Origin: Roseibacillus sp.
GTDB lineage: Bacteria > Verrucomicrobiota > Verrucomicrobiia > Verrucomicrobiales > Akkermansiaceae
Length of the DNA stretch: 64,000 nucleotides
Direction: 5' to 3'
NCBI GenBank assembly: GCA_965242925.1
Contig: CBDEUM010000014.1
Coordinates: 96,001 to 160,000, forward strand
Below are positions 27,545 through 38,189 of the stretch, one piece after another. The position numbers were made by a program, and so were the translations under genes. Positions within the stretch are counted from its first letter, which is position 1; each line of letters begins with the position of its first letter. The notes under the pieces were generated by a model, which worked only from the letters and a program-made list of their open reading frames with translations, was not told the DNA's origin and searched no databases.

Positions 27545-28513
27545 TCACTTCTTTGCCCACACCTTCCACCCTTTCTCGATCCTCTCCTTGTCGGGCTTCC
27601 CGTTACTCACCGTCAGCAGGTAGGACTCTACGATTTGCTCTCCCGGCTTGATTTCCCAGGCCTTCTCCTGGGCCGGAACTACATTAAAGAAAATCGCACC
27701 ATTGTGGCTGCTGGGCGGCCAGGTCCGCAGGCGCTGGGGAAAATCACGATTCCCGGGATGCATCATCACGGTCAGGGTGACCGGACCCTTGCTGGTTGCA
27801 CCCCACATCGCCACCCACCTGGCCCGGGTGGCGTGACTGTTGGTGCGATCCAGTCCCTCCGAGGTGAGATAGTCGCTGTTGGTCTTGTCCCAGTGGTGCG
27901 GTGCGCGGTAGGCGAGTCCTCCCCCGTAGCGATAGGCCGGAAGGACCAGGATCTCGCTGCTCACGTTGGTCTGCTTGATACGGTATCCCACCCGGTTCTC
28001 GCCATTCACGAACTCCGCCCTGATCCCAAACTGCTCCTTCAGGACAACTGTCTCCTTCCGGTCCGACCCCTTGTAGGCCACCTGCTCCTGCTCCACGACA
28101 AAACCAACCGACGGGTCCCTCTCCGAGCCCTTGTGCAATTCGATCGTCTTGGCGTAACGCACCCGCCCCGTCCTGCCCCGCAGGTTCCAGAAATCAGGCG
28201 TGTCCTTCCCATGCTTGGTCTTCACCCAGGCATGCCAGAGCCCAAGGTGGTGATAATGATCGGCAGGATGAATCCCGGTCACCGGTTCCCCATTCGGGGC
28301 GCAGAGAGGATGGATGAATCCACTCCGTTTGTAGATGGGATCCGCCTTCTCGGGCGGCGGCACCTCCGCCTTGTGATAGGTCAACACCGGCACCTCCCCC
28401 CGCGTGATCGTGATGGCCTTCTCGGTCTCGGTCACCTGCAACTCCCCCGCTGCGAAGAGCGGGCCGATCAGGAAAAAGACAAGGATGGAGAGCAGGACAT
28501 ACCGGACCTTCAT
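27545..28513 (-). CDS. DUF6807/'PmoA'-named Pfam family secreted protein (not methane monooxygenase)
   Basis: Signal peptide; RSGFIHPL, HPADHYHHLGLW, YRYGGGLAYR; soluble, beta-rich. Confidence 0.75.
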   Translation of the reverse strand: MKVRYVLLSILVFFLIGPLFAAGELQVTETEKAITITRGEVPVLTYHKAEVPPPEKADPIYKRSGFIHPLCAPNGEPVTGIHPADHYHHLGLWHAWVKTKHGKDTPDFWNLRGRTGRVRYAKTIELHKGSERDPSVGFVVEQEQVAYKGSDRKETVVLKEQFGIRAEFVNGENRVGYRIKQTNVSSEILVLPAYRYGGGLAYRAPHHWDKTNSDYLTSEGLDRTNSHATRARWVAMWGATSKGPVTLTVMMHPGNRDFPQRLRTWPPSSHNGAIFFNVVPAQEKAWEIKPGEQIVESYLLTVSNGKPDKERIEKGWKVWAKK

Positions 28514-28735
28514 GATCCCCTACCGAAACCAATTCCTCTCCCTTCGTCAATCATGCTGCATCCCCATGGTCATCTCTCCGGTCCACATCCCTCCCGGACA
28601 ACTCATTTCGCTGAACCGACCTCTGCCTGATCCATGCCTCCAGACCACGGAAATGCGGCTTGATCCTGATCAGGGGCGGACCTAGCGTCGACAAAGCTGC
28701 CCGGAGTTATCCGAAGCAGACTGGATCGAAGACAC

Positions 28736-28808
<73 letters not shown>

Positions 28809-28947
28809 GTCTTCCTCCAGCCCATCAGTGGAAGAGCCCCCTGGACCCGACCAAGTCAGGAACGAGGCGGGAGCGCTCAGCTCCCTCGCCGGGCAACCGG
28901 CCCTCCGCCATTGCCTCCCTCTCCGAAGGCATTACCATCTCCCCCCC

Positions 28948-29916
28948 ATGGAGATCCTGATCGTGTCCCCGGCCGCCTCCGTGCCGAACGGGAACTCGCA
29001 CACCGCCAAGTGGTGGGTCTCCGAGCTCTCGATCCTCGGGCACAAGGTGCGGATTTCTGCGGGTGCGGACGATGGTCCCGCCGATCTCCTCATCGCCCTC
29101 CACGCCGAGAAGAGCCACGAGGCCCTGATCCGCTTTCACACGAACCACGAGGAAGCCAGCACCGTCGTTGCGCTCACTGGAACCGACCTGTATCCGGAGC
29201 TCTCCTCAACCTCGCTCGCCTCCCTGGAGATGGCTGACCGCATCGTGGTCCTGCAGGGCAAGGCTCTGGCACGAATCCCGGACGAGTACCGCTCCAAGGC
29301 CCGGATCATCCACCTCTCCGCTTCTCCCCACCCCTCCCCCGGGGAGAAGGAGGACCCACAGGACGGGTTCACGGTCTGTGTGGTGGGTCATCTCCGGACA
29401 GTGAAGGATCCCATGCGCACCGCCCGGGCCGCGCGGCTTCTTCCGCCCGGATCCAGCCTCCGGGTTCTGCACGCTGGAGCCATCCTGGAAGAAAAGTTCG
29501 AGGAGGAGGTTGAACACGAGGAGAAGGGCAATCCACGCTACCGGTGGCTTGGAAGCCTGGACCAGGACGACGCCGACCGGCTCATTGCCTCCAGCGACCT
29601 CCTCGCCCTCACCTCCTCCCAGGAAGGAGGCGGTTGTGTCCTGAACGAAGCGATCGCAGCCAGGACGCCTATCGTGGCCAGCCGGAATGATGCAACCACC
29701 AGCCTGCTGGGAGACGACTATCCCGGACTCTTCACCTTTGGCGAGACCGGGGAACTCACGACCCTGCTCCATCGCTGCGAATCCGATCCCTCCTTCCGCT
29801 CCCAACTACTGGAAGCCGCGCAATCTCATCTGGATGCGTGCAGTGCAACACGGGAACGGGAGAACTGGAGCGCTCTTCTCCACGAACTGTTCCCAAAGCC
29901 CCCTGCCGGACAATGA
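28948..29916 (+). CDS. senB: Selenosugar synthase SenB-like GT-B glycosyltransferase (TIGR04348 type)
   Basis: ILIVSPA..NGN..TA..W, LIALHA.KS, VALTGTDLY, VGHLRTVKDP, QEGG..VLNEA; ATGA-coupled to an EgtB/SenA homolog. Confidence 0.8.
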   Translation: MEILIVSPAASVPNGNSHTAKWWVSELSILGHKVRISAGADDGPADLLIALHAEKSHEALIRFHTNHEEASTVVALTGTDLYPELSSTSLASLEMADRIVVLQGKALARIPDEYRSKARIIHLSASPHPSPGEKEDPQDGFTVCVVGHLRTVKDPMRTARAARLLPPGSSLRVLHAGAILEEKFEEEVEHEEKGNPRYRWLGSLDQDDADRLIASSDLLALTSSQEGGGCVLNEAIAARTPIVASRNDATTSLLGDDYPGLFTFGETGELTTLLHRCESDPSFRSQLLEAAQSHLDACSATRERENWSALLHELFPKPPAGQ

Positions 29917-31202
29917 AGACCAGGAAAGAACTTCGCAGCGAACTGGACAACACCGATCGCCGGACCCGCGCCCTCCTCGACGACCTGAGCGAAGAGCAAC
30001 TGGACGTCCCCTATCACCGCGGAATCAACCCGCCCATCTGGGAACTGGGCCACTCCGCCTTCTTTTACGAGTACTTCCTCCTCAGAGAACTCGACCAGTC
30101 CGCCCCCCGCATGCCGGGCTACGACGAAATCTGGGACTCCTTCGAGATCCAGCACCGCAACCGCTGGCAGAAGAACGTCATCCCCGACCACGGGACCACG
30201 CAGGCCTACTACCAGCGCATCCTCGATGAGGTGCGCCAACGGCTCGAGGCGGAATCCCTCGAACCCCGGGAGCACTACCTGTGCCACTACTGCATCGCGC
30301 ACCAGAACATGCACATCGAATCGCTCCTCTGGGCCCGGCAGACCCTCGGCTACCCCGCTCCCTCCTCCGTTTGCCCCGTCGAACAGGCACCTCCCGCCCC
30401 GGGGAACACCGGAGACGCCGAGCTCGAGGGCGGCATTTACCCGATCGGGAGACCGGCCGGATCTCCCGGGTCCGCAACCAGTGAGTTCAGCTTCGACAAC
30501 GAACGGCCCGGGTTCGAGATCAGGCTGGAACCCTTTGCCATCTCCAGGACCCTGGTCTCCAATCGTGACTTCCTCTCCTTCGTGGCGGACGACGGATACC
30601 AGCGCCCCGAGTTGTGGAGTTACGGAGGAAAGTGGTGGCTCCAGGAAGAAGGCCCCTCCTGCCCCCTCTACTGGCGGGAAGAAAACGGGCAGTGGCAGGC
30701 TCGCCGCTTTGGCCAATGGGTCGAGCTGCCGCTCGAGGCCCCGGCCCTCCATCTGAGCTACTGGGAAGCGGAAGCATGGTGCATCTGGGCAAACCGCCGA
30801 CTGCCCACCGAGTATGAATGGGAAGCGGCCGCCCGGGGAACGAACGGACGGCTTTTCCCGTGGGGTGACTCCATGGAACCAGGAAGAGCCGACCTCGATG
30901 CCGGCCCGATGGCCACCGCCCCGGTGGATGCCCTCCCGGAGGGCGCATCCGAATGCGGCTGCCTGCAGATGGTGGGGACGGCCTGGGAGTGGACCAGCAA
31001 TCAGTACCTGCCCTACGCCGGCTTCGAGGTGGATATGTATCCCTACATGTCCACTCTCCAGTTCGGCGACCACAAGACCACGAGGGGTGGATCCTGTGCC
31101 ACCTCGTCCTGCCTCATCCGCAACACCTACCGTCAGGCCTACCTGCCGGGACGGCGCGACGTTTTCACTGGCTTTCGCACCTGCGCAGGGTCATCCATCT
31201 AA
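29913..31202 (+). CDS. senA: Selenoneine synthase SenA-like (EgtB homolog: DinB + FGE-sulfatase domains)
   Basis: INPPIWELGH, HQNMH metal motif, FDNERP, RRLPTEYEWE, AWEWT, RGGSCAT, FTGFRTC. ATG 29913 overlaps the senB stop. Confidence 0.75.
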   Translation: MKTRKELRSELDNTDRRTRALLDDLSEEQLDVPYHRGINPPIWELGHSAFFYEYFLLRELDQSAPRMPGYDEIWDSFEIQHRNRWQKNVIPDHGTTQAYYQRILDEVRQRLEAESLEPREHYLCHYCIAHQNMHIESLLWARQTLGYPAPSSVCPVEQAPPAPGNTGDAELEGGIYPIGRPAGSPGSATSEFSFDNERPGFEIRLEPFAISRTLVSNRDFLSFVADDGYQRPELWSYGGKWWLQEEGPSCPLYWREENGQWQARRFGQWVELPLEAPALHLSYWEAEAWCIWANRRLPTEYEWEAAARGTNGRLFPWGDSMEPGRADLDAGPMATAPVDALPEGASECGCLQMVGTAWEWTSNQYLPYAGFEVDMYPYMSTLQFGDHKTTRGGSCATSSCLIRNTYRQAYLPGRRDVFTGFRTCAGSSI

Positions 31203-32704
31203 TTGCCGGAAAACCCCTCCCGCTCCGCCTCCAGCAGACGCTGGTAGGCCTGCACCACATCCTCATCGGCTATCTTCTCAAGGTTGACGGCATAGGCCAC
31301 GTTCTCAAAAATACGCACGAAACGCCGCCAGTTGGCATACTCACGCGAGAGCTCAAGTTCGCGGTCGTTCAGCTTCCCCCGCTCCTGTTTGAGCCGGTTC
31401 CATTCCGAGTACCTGGGATGCTCTTCCACCGCCACCACGAACTCAGCCTGCAGCTTCTCCTCACTGAGCAGGCGCACCGCACCCGAACTATGCCTGTTCT
31501 CGAGATCAGGCCAGCGGTAGAGTATCGTCCGCCCGATGACCGTCCGGACGCCATCCAGCTTCTTCTTCTGCTCCTTCTTCTCCCCCTCCACTTTCTGGAT
31601 TTCCTTGCCGAGCTTGGAAGCCTTTTCATGCGCGAATGTTCCGCGCTTCTTCCCTTCCAGCTCGAGGCGGGCGGAAAGTCCCTCCAGCACCGCCTTGTCC
31701 ACCGGGCCGGCCCGCTCCAGAATCTCGGCATAGGGAGTCTCCCGTCCAAGAAGTTCGCGATCCTCCTTCTTCTCCGAACGCAGGCGGCTGTGAACCCGCA
31801 GGAAAGCACCACTGGTCCTGACCGGGATATCGATGTTGCGCGAGGTCAGAATGGCGTAGGCATGCGCCTCTTCAAAGGACACCCTCCCGTCCCCGTCGTA
31901 ATCGCAATCGGTGATCTCCTTTTCCATGCGCGTCCTGCCACGCAACGCCGCCCAGAAGTGGCTGCTGAACTCATCGTAGTTCTCCTCGTTGACATCCGGA
32001 GTACACCCGGCCGCCTCCCGATCGCACACGGTTGCATAGAACCCGCAGATACTCCGGGTCGCACCCTCCTTCTTCTGGTTGTTTTCCTCGAAGATAAGAT
32101 GGGAGAACCCCCCGGAGAAACACTGGACCATCACCGTCATGACCTTCACTCCCTCCGGCAGGCCGGCAAGAAAGCCCGCCAGCCGGGAAGCCTCCAATGA
32201 CTTGCGATCCCACATCCAGATCTTCGTGTTATACTTGTTGCCCTTGCTTCCGCTGCGCCCCCCATGAGCCGTCACGTAGAGAACCAGCCGATCACCCGCC
32301 GCCAGCTTGGGTCCTTCCTCCTGGAACCATTTCTCAAGGGCCGCCGGACTGGAAATGTCCCGCACGCCCTTCAGCACATTGTTGCGATAGTGATTCGCGA
32401 GGTTCTTCTCTGATCCGAAGAGACCGGCCATCAACAGATTGGCCCGGGGCACTTCCTCCCCCTCGCGTCGAAACTGGAGATCGGGGCGGGGCGAAGTTCC
32501 ATCCGCAAAGTAGAGGTCGTGGGAGGTGCCATCCGGCAGCTTCTCGGCACGCAACTTCTCGAAGAAGAGCACGTTGCGCTCCAGCGAAACCTGATTGCCA
32601 GCCGGGGAATACCCGCCCCCGATGGTGAGAACGTGATCGCGGGCGTAAAGAGTGCCCCCCAAAAGAAGGAGGAGGGTGGGAAGATGAAGGAGGTGTAACC
32701 GCAT
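31199..32704 (-). CDS. Secreted hypothetical protein with caspase/legumain-like (clan CD) His-Cys motifs and coiled-coil C-terminus
   Basis: Start ATG 32704 with signal; LVLYVTAHGG...VMVQCFSGGF; EF-hand-like DYDGDGRVSFEE; K/E-rich helical tail. Confidence 0.65.
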   Translation of the reverse strand: MRLHLLHLPTLLLLLGGTLYARDHVLTIGGGYSPAGNQVSLERNVLFFEKLRAEKLPDGTSHDLYFADGTSPRPDLQFRREGEEVPRANLLMAGLFGSEKNLANHYRNNVLKGVRDISSPAALEKWFQEEGPKLAAGDRLVLYVTAHGGRSGSKGNKYNTKIWMWDRKSLEASRLAGFLAGLPEGVKVMTVMVQCFSGGFSHLIFEENNQKKEGATRSICGFYATVCDREAAGCTPDVNEENYDEFSSHFWAALRGRTRMEKEITDCDYDGDGRVSFEEAHAYAILTSRNIDIPVRTSGAFLRVHSRLRSEKKEDRELLGRETPYAEILERAGPVDKAVLEGLSARLELEGKKRGTFAHEKASKLGKEIQKVEGEKKEQKKKLDGVRTVIGRTILYRWPDLENRHSSGAVRLLSEEKLQAEFVVAVEEHPRYSEWNRLKQERGKLNDRELELSREYANWRRFVRIFENVAYAVNLEKIADEDVVQAYQRLLEAEREGFSGN

Positions 32705-32964
32705 AATTAATCTACGTAGCTCGGCGCGAACTTCTTTGCATCTGAATTGGGAGGACCCCGGGAGACTCCCTGGGAAGATTCTGTCCTGCAATCCCACCAC
32801 AATCCAAGCACGGGCATTGTCTGGATTGTGGGCAAGTCCCCTCCGGACCGATCCGCAGGCGCGACGATTACGGGCTCCGTCCTCCGCTACAGGGCCGAAA
32901 CCGCGGCCCATCTGACATCATCCCGGACGTGTGTATGCGGCTGAACCAAACCATCCCGATACCA

Positions 32965-34518
32965 TCAACCAGCCGCCGGCTTCGGTTTCTTGTTCTTGTT
33001 GTTCTTCTTGGGTCGCCGAGGTCCGGGGCGTTCCTCCGACGCAGGAAGTTTGTAGTCCGTGCGAAGACGCTCCATCTCCTTTTTCAAGGTCGCCTCAACG
33101 TCGGAATAACTTGAGTTCCCATAGACGCTCTTGAGTTCTTCCGGATCCTTTTTCAGGTCAAAGAGCTCCCACTCGTCCTTGTGATAGAAGTGGATGAGCT
33201 TGTGCTCACCGGTGGTCACGCCGAAGTGCCGCGCCACACTGTGTGCGCCGGGAAACTCGTAATAGTGGTAGTAGAATGACTTGCGCCAGTCATCCGGCGT
33301 TTTTCCCTTCAGAACGGACACGAGACTGCGCCCCTGCATATCCTCTGGAACCTTCACTCCCGCGGCATCAAGGAAAGTTTCCGCGAAGTCGAGATTCGAG
33401 ACGATGTCATTGTTGATGGATCCCGCCTTGGCCACTCCCGGCCACCGCACGAGGAGAGGTGTCTTGAGCGACTCCTCGTACATCCAGCGCTTATCGAACC
33501 AGCCGTGTTCCCCGAGGTACCACCCCTGGTCCGAGGAGTAGATCACAATCGTATTCTTTGCCAGTCCACTTTCTTCCAGGTAATCAAGGATTCGGCCGAT
33601 CCCGTCGTCCACCGACTTTACGCAGCGGAGGTAGTCCTTCACGTAGCGCTGGTATTTCCACTGGATGATCTCCTTCTCGCTCATGTCCGGCTCGGCCTTC
33701 CTGAAGGCCTCATTCCTGGGACCATATGCCGCATTCCACTTCGCTGCCTGTTCAGGATTGAGGCCGCGGGGCGGTCCCAGCTTGAGGTCGTTGGCATTGA
33801 GATGCTTTCGGATTGTCATGGTCTGCTCGGAGGCTGCCGAAGTACGTCCCTTGTAGTCGTCCCAGAGAGTCTCCGGTTCCGGGATGGTCTTGCCGTCAAG
33901 CCAGTTGAGATACTTCGGACCCGGTTGCCAGTTGCGGTGCGGGGCCTTGTGCTGGGTCATGAGCATGAAGGGCTTGCTCTTGTCCCGGGTCTTCTTGAGC
34001 CAATCCAGGGTGAGGTCTACGATGATATCCGTGGTGTAGCCGGTATGCTTGTGCTGGGCTGGTGTCCCGTCCTTCTGCCTGTACTTCATGGGCGGGTTGT
34101 AGTAAGGGCCCTGCCCGATCAGGACTTCATAATGGTCAAACCCGGTAGGAGTCGACCTGAGATGCCATTTCCCCAGCATGGCGGTCGTGTAGCCCGCCTT
34201 CTGAAGAAGCTTGGGGAAGGTCTGCTGCGATCCGTTGAAGGTGTTGCCGTTGCGGATAAAGCCGTTCAGGTGGCTGTACTTACCGGTCAGAATCACCGCA
34301 CGGCTCGGACCACAGATCGAGTTGGTCACGTAGCAACGATTGAAACGCATGCCCTCCTTGGCGATGCGGTCCATGTGGGGCGTGGTAATCCGCGCCGAAT
34401 CGTAGGCACTGAGAGCCTGTTCACAGTGATCATCAGTGAAGATCAGGAGGATGTTCGGACGATCGGCGGCACAGAGCGGCAGGGAGACCACAAGAAGCAA
34501 GGGCAGGAAACCTTTCAT
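32965..34518 (-). CDS. Sulfatase (formylglycine-dependent, GlcNAc-6-sulfatase-like)
   Basis: [27 protein letters not shown] (CxPxR), [39 protein letters not shown]; signal from ATG 34518. Confidence 0.93.
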   Translation of the reverse strand: MKGFLPLLLVVSLPLCAADRPNILLIFTDDHCEQALSAYDSARITTPHMDRIAKEGMRFNRCYVTNSICGPSRAVILTGKYSHLNGFIRNGNTFNGSQQTFPKLLQKAGYTTAMLGKWHLRSTPTGFDHYEVLIGQGPYYNPPMKYRQKDGTPAQHKHTGYTTDIIVDLTLDWLKKTRDKSKPFMLMTQHKAPHRNWQPGPKYLNWLDGKTIPEPETLWDDYKGRTSAASEQTMTIRKHLNANDLKLGPPRGLNPEQAAKWNAAYGPRNEAFRKAEPDMSEKEIIQWKYQRYVKDYLRCVKSVDDGIGRILDYLEESGLAKNTIVIYSSDQGWYLGEHGWFDKRWMYEESLKTPLLVRWPGVAKAGSINNDIVSNLDFAETFLDAAGVKVPEDMQGRSLVSVLKGKTPDDWRKSFYYHYYEFPGAHSVARHFGVTTGEHKLIHFYHKDEWELFDLKKDPEELKSVYGNSSYSDVEATLKKEMERLRTDYKLPASEERPGPRRPKKNNKNKKPKPAAG

Positions 34519-34790
34519 GGCGTCCACAACGCCAGTCCCCACTTGAAAAGTCAAAGGTCAAATAGGGGGCACCCCGCCACTCCGATAACGCCCTGCAGAA
34601 CTGTAAGACCGGTGCTGCCGGCTTGGCCCGGGCCAGGACCGCGTGCTTCACCGAACGCGGCAGACAGGTGCAGGTGACGTGCGTCCTGCCATCGCTACTC
34701 CGAATCACGGCGGGATAGAAAGGTTCCCCTTATTACCCTCCAGGGTCTGGTTTTCGTTCTCGGTCACCGGGAAGGAACACAGGCCATTGC

Positions 34791-37700
34791 CTAAAGTCCC
34801 CCCTCCGACTGGAATTTGGCGGGGGAGTTGGGCGGAGTCGTGAGTTCAACTCGCAGCCCCATGCCTTTGCGCAGATCACGCCGGATGGCGAAGGTCAGGG
34901 AGTGCCGTCCCTCGGCAAGGTCAAGAGGAGCATCCAGTTTGTCGATGTTCTGACCGTCCATCCAGAGCTGGAGACCTGTGCTGTCATTAAGCAATAAATC
35001 GACAGGGCCCGCTACTTGTACCTGCACGAAGCCGCGGGCGTAGACCAGCGGCTCCTGACCAAGGTCGGAGTCAGAAAGATGGCCATCAACCATGCTGTAA
35101 ACCCGCATCCATGGGGCCTTGTCAACAGGCAGTTTATTGGCGCTTCCCGGGGAGATCTGCCACCTGCGGATGATGGGGCTCTCGTTGTTGGCATAAGGGC
35201 CGGGCCGCCCCAGCAGGGAAACGAATCGTGCCAGATCGAGAAATTCCTGCCGGGTTTGCAGCTGATCGATCAGGCCGGCAGGCATCAGAGAGGGCATGGG
35301 CTTGATCTTCCTGATTGTGTCCGTTGCTATCCTGATCTCCCGGCCCGCCTGGGCTGAGTCCCGGATCATGATGCTCTTTTCACCCTTGTAGGTAATGGCT
35401 CCCATACGGATGGTACCGTCTGCGAGGGTAATCAACCGGTTCTCGTAATGCTGGGCGATAGTTTTGTTCGGTTCCAGAATGGCTTCTATAATGTAGTCGG
35501 TCTGGGCGGCTGCTCCCGCAGCCACCAGGTTGGGGCCAATATGCGAACCCACAGGACCGATGGCATGGCAACTGAAGCAGGCTAGTTCCCTGCGTCGAAA
35601 TATTTTTTCACCCTCAACGGGATTGCCCGACTTCACTACTGCGGAGGTGAGTGCTTTTTTGTTTTCCTTGATAAGCAGCGCTGTCAGGGACCTGGGAAGG
35701 GGGAGGGCGAAGATTTCAGCGAGGGCCTTGGGCAACTGGCCTGTCCTCCGATGATAATCGGAGAGACTGTTGATTACCCCTGAATGCAGCTTTTCCCTGC
35801 CGAGAGCCCTGACCAGCGCTGTTGCGCCGCCGGAGCGGCGGGTGAAGGCCTGCACGAGGCTGACCGGGTCAGATTGCCCGGGATCCAAAACGAGCAGTTC
35901 GGCTGCAGCCTCGGCGGCATCGTGAATATCAGTCTCTACGAGGCCAAAGACCGCGAGATAACGCTTTGCAGTTTCACCCTCGAAGGCGAGTGTCCTCAGG
36001 GTCTTTGCGATCCCGGGTCCGCGCAGTTGCCCGAGGGAGGTGGCGGCAGCCCGTCGGACGGAGGTGGCGCGGTTGCTGTCGTGAAGGATAGCGGAGAGGT
36101 CGGGATCGGAACCCTTGAGTTGCCAGGCCCCGAGATTGGCCGCAGCGGCGGCAGCCACGGAGTCGTCGGGGTGACGAAGCAGTTTCTTCAGCGGGTTAAT
36201 GCGCTGCCCGAGAGAGAAGGCTCCCCCCCGACCGATTTGTTCGAGGCCCTTGAGCATGATCAGTGAAACCTCGGGATTGGCTTCGGGTGTCTTCTTGGCG
36301 ACCGCATCAACCACCATCCTGGTTTGCTTGACGGTGGGTCGGGAGATCAGACGTTCGATGACACTGCGAGTCTCAGCAACACCGGAAGATTTTTTGCTCA
36401 GGTAGGATTTCAGGCGGGATTCAAACCCGATGCCTGCCTGCTGCTCGGCGAAATCGCGATGGGTTTCCTTGGCGAAGTCCAATCTGCCGGCATCAAGGGC
36501 CGGACGCCAGTAGGGCTCAAGGGCGGTGATCATCTGCGGCAGAGCGATGTCAATGAAGGAGTCGCGCGGATGATCAAGTGCCCCAAGGGCCGCGGTGAAA
36601 GCCTTTGCCTGCGGAACGAATCCGGCGGAGAGAACAGCTTCCATGCGCACACGGGGGAACGGGTCCCTGGCCGCTTTTGCAATCAAAGCCACCGGGTCAC
36701 TCAGCGAATCATGCCAGTAACGCAGAACCCGTGCTCCGGCAGCACGGGCACGCCCGTCTCCTGTCTCAAGAACGCGCTTCAAAATATCTTCACTGGGGCG
36801 CTCTATATTCTGGCATGCCCACATGGCCTCGACCAGGTGATGATCGTGCTCCGCATCCTTTGGATCCAGGCCTTTCACCCACCTTTCCAAGGCTTCAGCC
36901 GCCTTATCGCGGTCACGTTCGCTGAGGATGGAACAGGCCTGGTGACGGGTCCAACCATCAGGGCTCTTCAGATGATTGAGCAGTGCCGTGAGATCAGCAT
37001 TGATGAGGTTCGGTTTCTTCGCCAGGGGGCGGTCCTTTGCCGTGATGCGCCACACCCGCCCGTGTTCATGGTCCCGGCGGGGATCACGGAAGTCGTGCTT
37101 GGCGTGGTTGATAATAGAGTTGTACCAGTCCGCGACATAAAGTGCCCCATCGGGGCCAACCTTGCAGTCCACGGGACGGAAGTTCGGGTGACGCGATGAG
37201 ATGAGAGGTGGCAGGACATTAGCACTGAACCCGGCTCCCTTCTCTATAAACTCGTACCGCACAATGGCCCTGCTTTTGAAACGGCAGGTCAGCAATTGGC
37301 CCTGTATCTCCTCCGGCAGATGACTGCCGGAAGCAATGTCGCCTCCGCACTGCTTCTCGGTAGTGATCAAGTTCGCCAAGCGGACGCGCTGTCCGCTGTT
37401 GCCGGTGGCGGGAGAGAGGTAACTGATACGGGGGTTGTCGACAAAGAATGACTGCCCCCAGCGATCAAAAACATGCCCCCATGGATTGCCGACCCCGATC
37501 CTGGCAAACATGCGCAATTTCTGCGTTCGCGGATTAAACTGGTAGACTCCACCATTGTAGTTACGCACAACCCCGTGGATCGTCTCCACTTGGGAATGGA
37601 GGAAGATGCCCTCCTGAAAATAAAGCCATCCTCCGGGACCTCGCCGCCAGGCGCTGATGGAGTGGTGGCTGTCCTCGATCCCGAAGCCGGTCAACGGCAG

Positions 37701-38186
37701 TTGCTTCACATCAGCGACATCATCCCCGTCCGTGTCCCTGAAGAAGAAGACATCAGGGGTCTGGGCGACGTAGCATCCGCCGTTTGCCAGTGCGATGCCC
37801 GTAGGCATGTAAAGACCGTCAGCGAACACGGTCGATTTGTCGGCTCTGCCGTCATTGTCACTGTCTTCAAGGATAATTATCTTGTCGTTGGCTTTGTCTC
37901 CGGGCTTCAACTGCGGGTAGGCCCAGGAGCAGGCCACCCACAGGCGACCGCGGGCATCCCAGGTCATGTGGATCGGGTTGGACAGCATCGGCTCAGCGGC
38001 GAACAGGTTGACCTCGTAACCGGGCAACAGAGAGAAGTTGGCCTGCTCTACCCCCGGGTCATGGTTGCCCATCAGGCTGGTGTCGGAATTAGCCAGGTTC
38101 TTCTTACTGATGCCATCTGCCTCCTGGCCCGCAGCAGTAGTTGCCGAGAACAAAGCCAGGCTGATAAAGGTTAAGCTGCGTTGCAT
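34791..38186 (-). CDS. PVC-type haem-binding CxxCH protein (dehydrogenase-like beta-propeller + HEAT repeats + cytochrome c)
   Basis: YEVNLFAAEP, WDARGRLWV, LEDSDNDGRADK..VFAD, NFRPVD...GPDGALYVADWYN, HGRVWRI, HEAT-like helices, CFSCH...IGPNL, SLMPAGL. Confidence 0.88.
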   Translation of the reverse strand: MQRSLTFISLALFSATTAAGQEADGISKKNLANSDTSLMGNHDPGVEQANFSLLPGYEVNLFAAEPMLSNPIHMTWDARGRLWVACSWAYPQLKPGDKANDKIIILEDSDNDGRADKSTVFADGLYMPTGIALANGGCYVAQTPDVFFFRDTDGDDVADVKQLPLTGFGIEDSHHSISAWRRGPGGWLYFQEGIFLHSQVETIHGVVRNYNGGVYQFNPRTQKLRMFARIGVGNPWGHVFDRWGQSFFVDNPRISYLSPATGNSGQRVRLANLITTEKQCGGDIASGSHLPEEIQGQLLTCRFKSRAIVRYEFIEKGAGFSANVLPPLISSRHPNFRPVDCKVGPDGALYVADWYNSIINHAKHDFRDPRRDHEHGRVWRITAKDRPLAKKPNLINADLTALLNHLKSPDGWTRHQACSILSERDRDKAAEALERWVKGLDPKDAEHDHHLVEAMWACQNIERPSEDILKRVLETGDGRARAAGARVLRYWHDSLSDPVALIAKAARDPFPRVRMEAVLSAGFVPQAKAFTAALGALDHPRDSFIDIALPQMITALEPYWRPALDAGRLDFAKETHRDFAEQQAGIGFESRLKSYLSKKSSGVAETRSVIERLISRPTVKQTRMVVDAVAKKTPEANPEVSLIMLKGLEQIGRGGAFSLGQRINPLKKLLRHPDDSVAAAAAANLGAWQLKGSDPDLSAILHDSNRATSVRRAAATSLGQLRGPGIAKTLRTLAFEGETAKRYLAVFGLVETDIHDAAEAAAELLVLDPGQSDPVSLVQAFTRRSGGATALVRALGREKLHSGVINSLSDYHRRTGQLPKALAEIFALPLPRSLTALLIKENKKALTSAVVKSGNPVEGEKIFRRRELACFSCHAIGPVGSHIGPNLVAAGAAAQTDYIIEAILEPNKTIAQHYENRLITLADGTIRMGAITYKGEKSIMIRDSAQAGREIRIATDTIRKIKPMPSLMPAGLIDQLQTRQEFLDLARFVSLLGRPGPYANNESPIIRRWQISPGSANKLPVDKAPWMRVYSMVDGHLSDSDLGQEPLVYARGFVQVQVAGPVDLLLNDSTGLQLWMDGQNIDKLDAPLDLAEGRHSLTFAIRRDLRKGMGLRVELTTPPNSPAKFQSEGGL

Positions 38187-38189
38187 GGG

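Noticed and set aside
27545..28513. Particulate methane monooxygenase PmoA
   Set aside because: Soluble secreted protein of the misleadingly named Pfam family; not polytopic, and no pmoB/pmoC.
29913..31202. Ordinary ergothioneine EgtB or formylglycine-generating enzyme
   Set aside because: The DinB-like N-domain excludes a plain FGE. Coupling to a SenB-type GT and no adjacent egtD favour SenA, though EgtB is not fully excluded.
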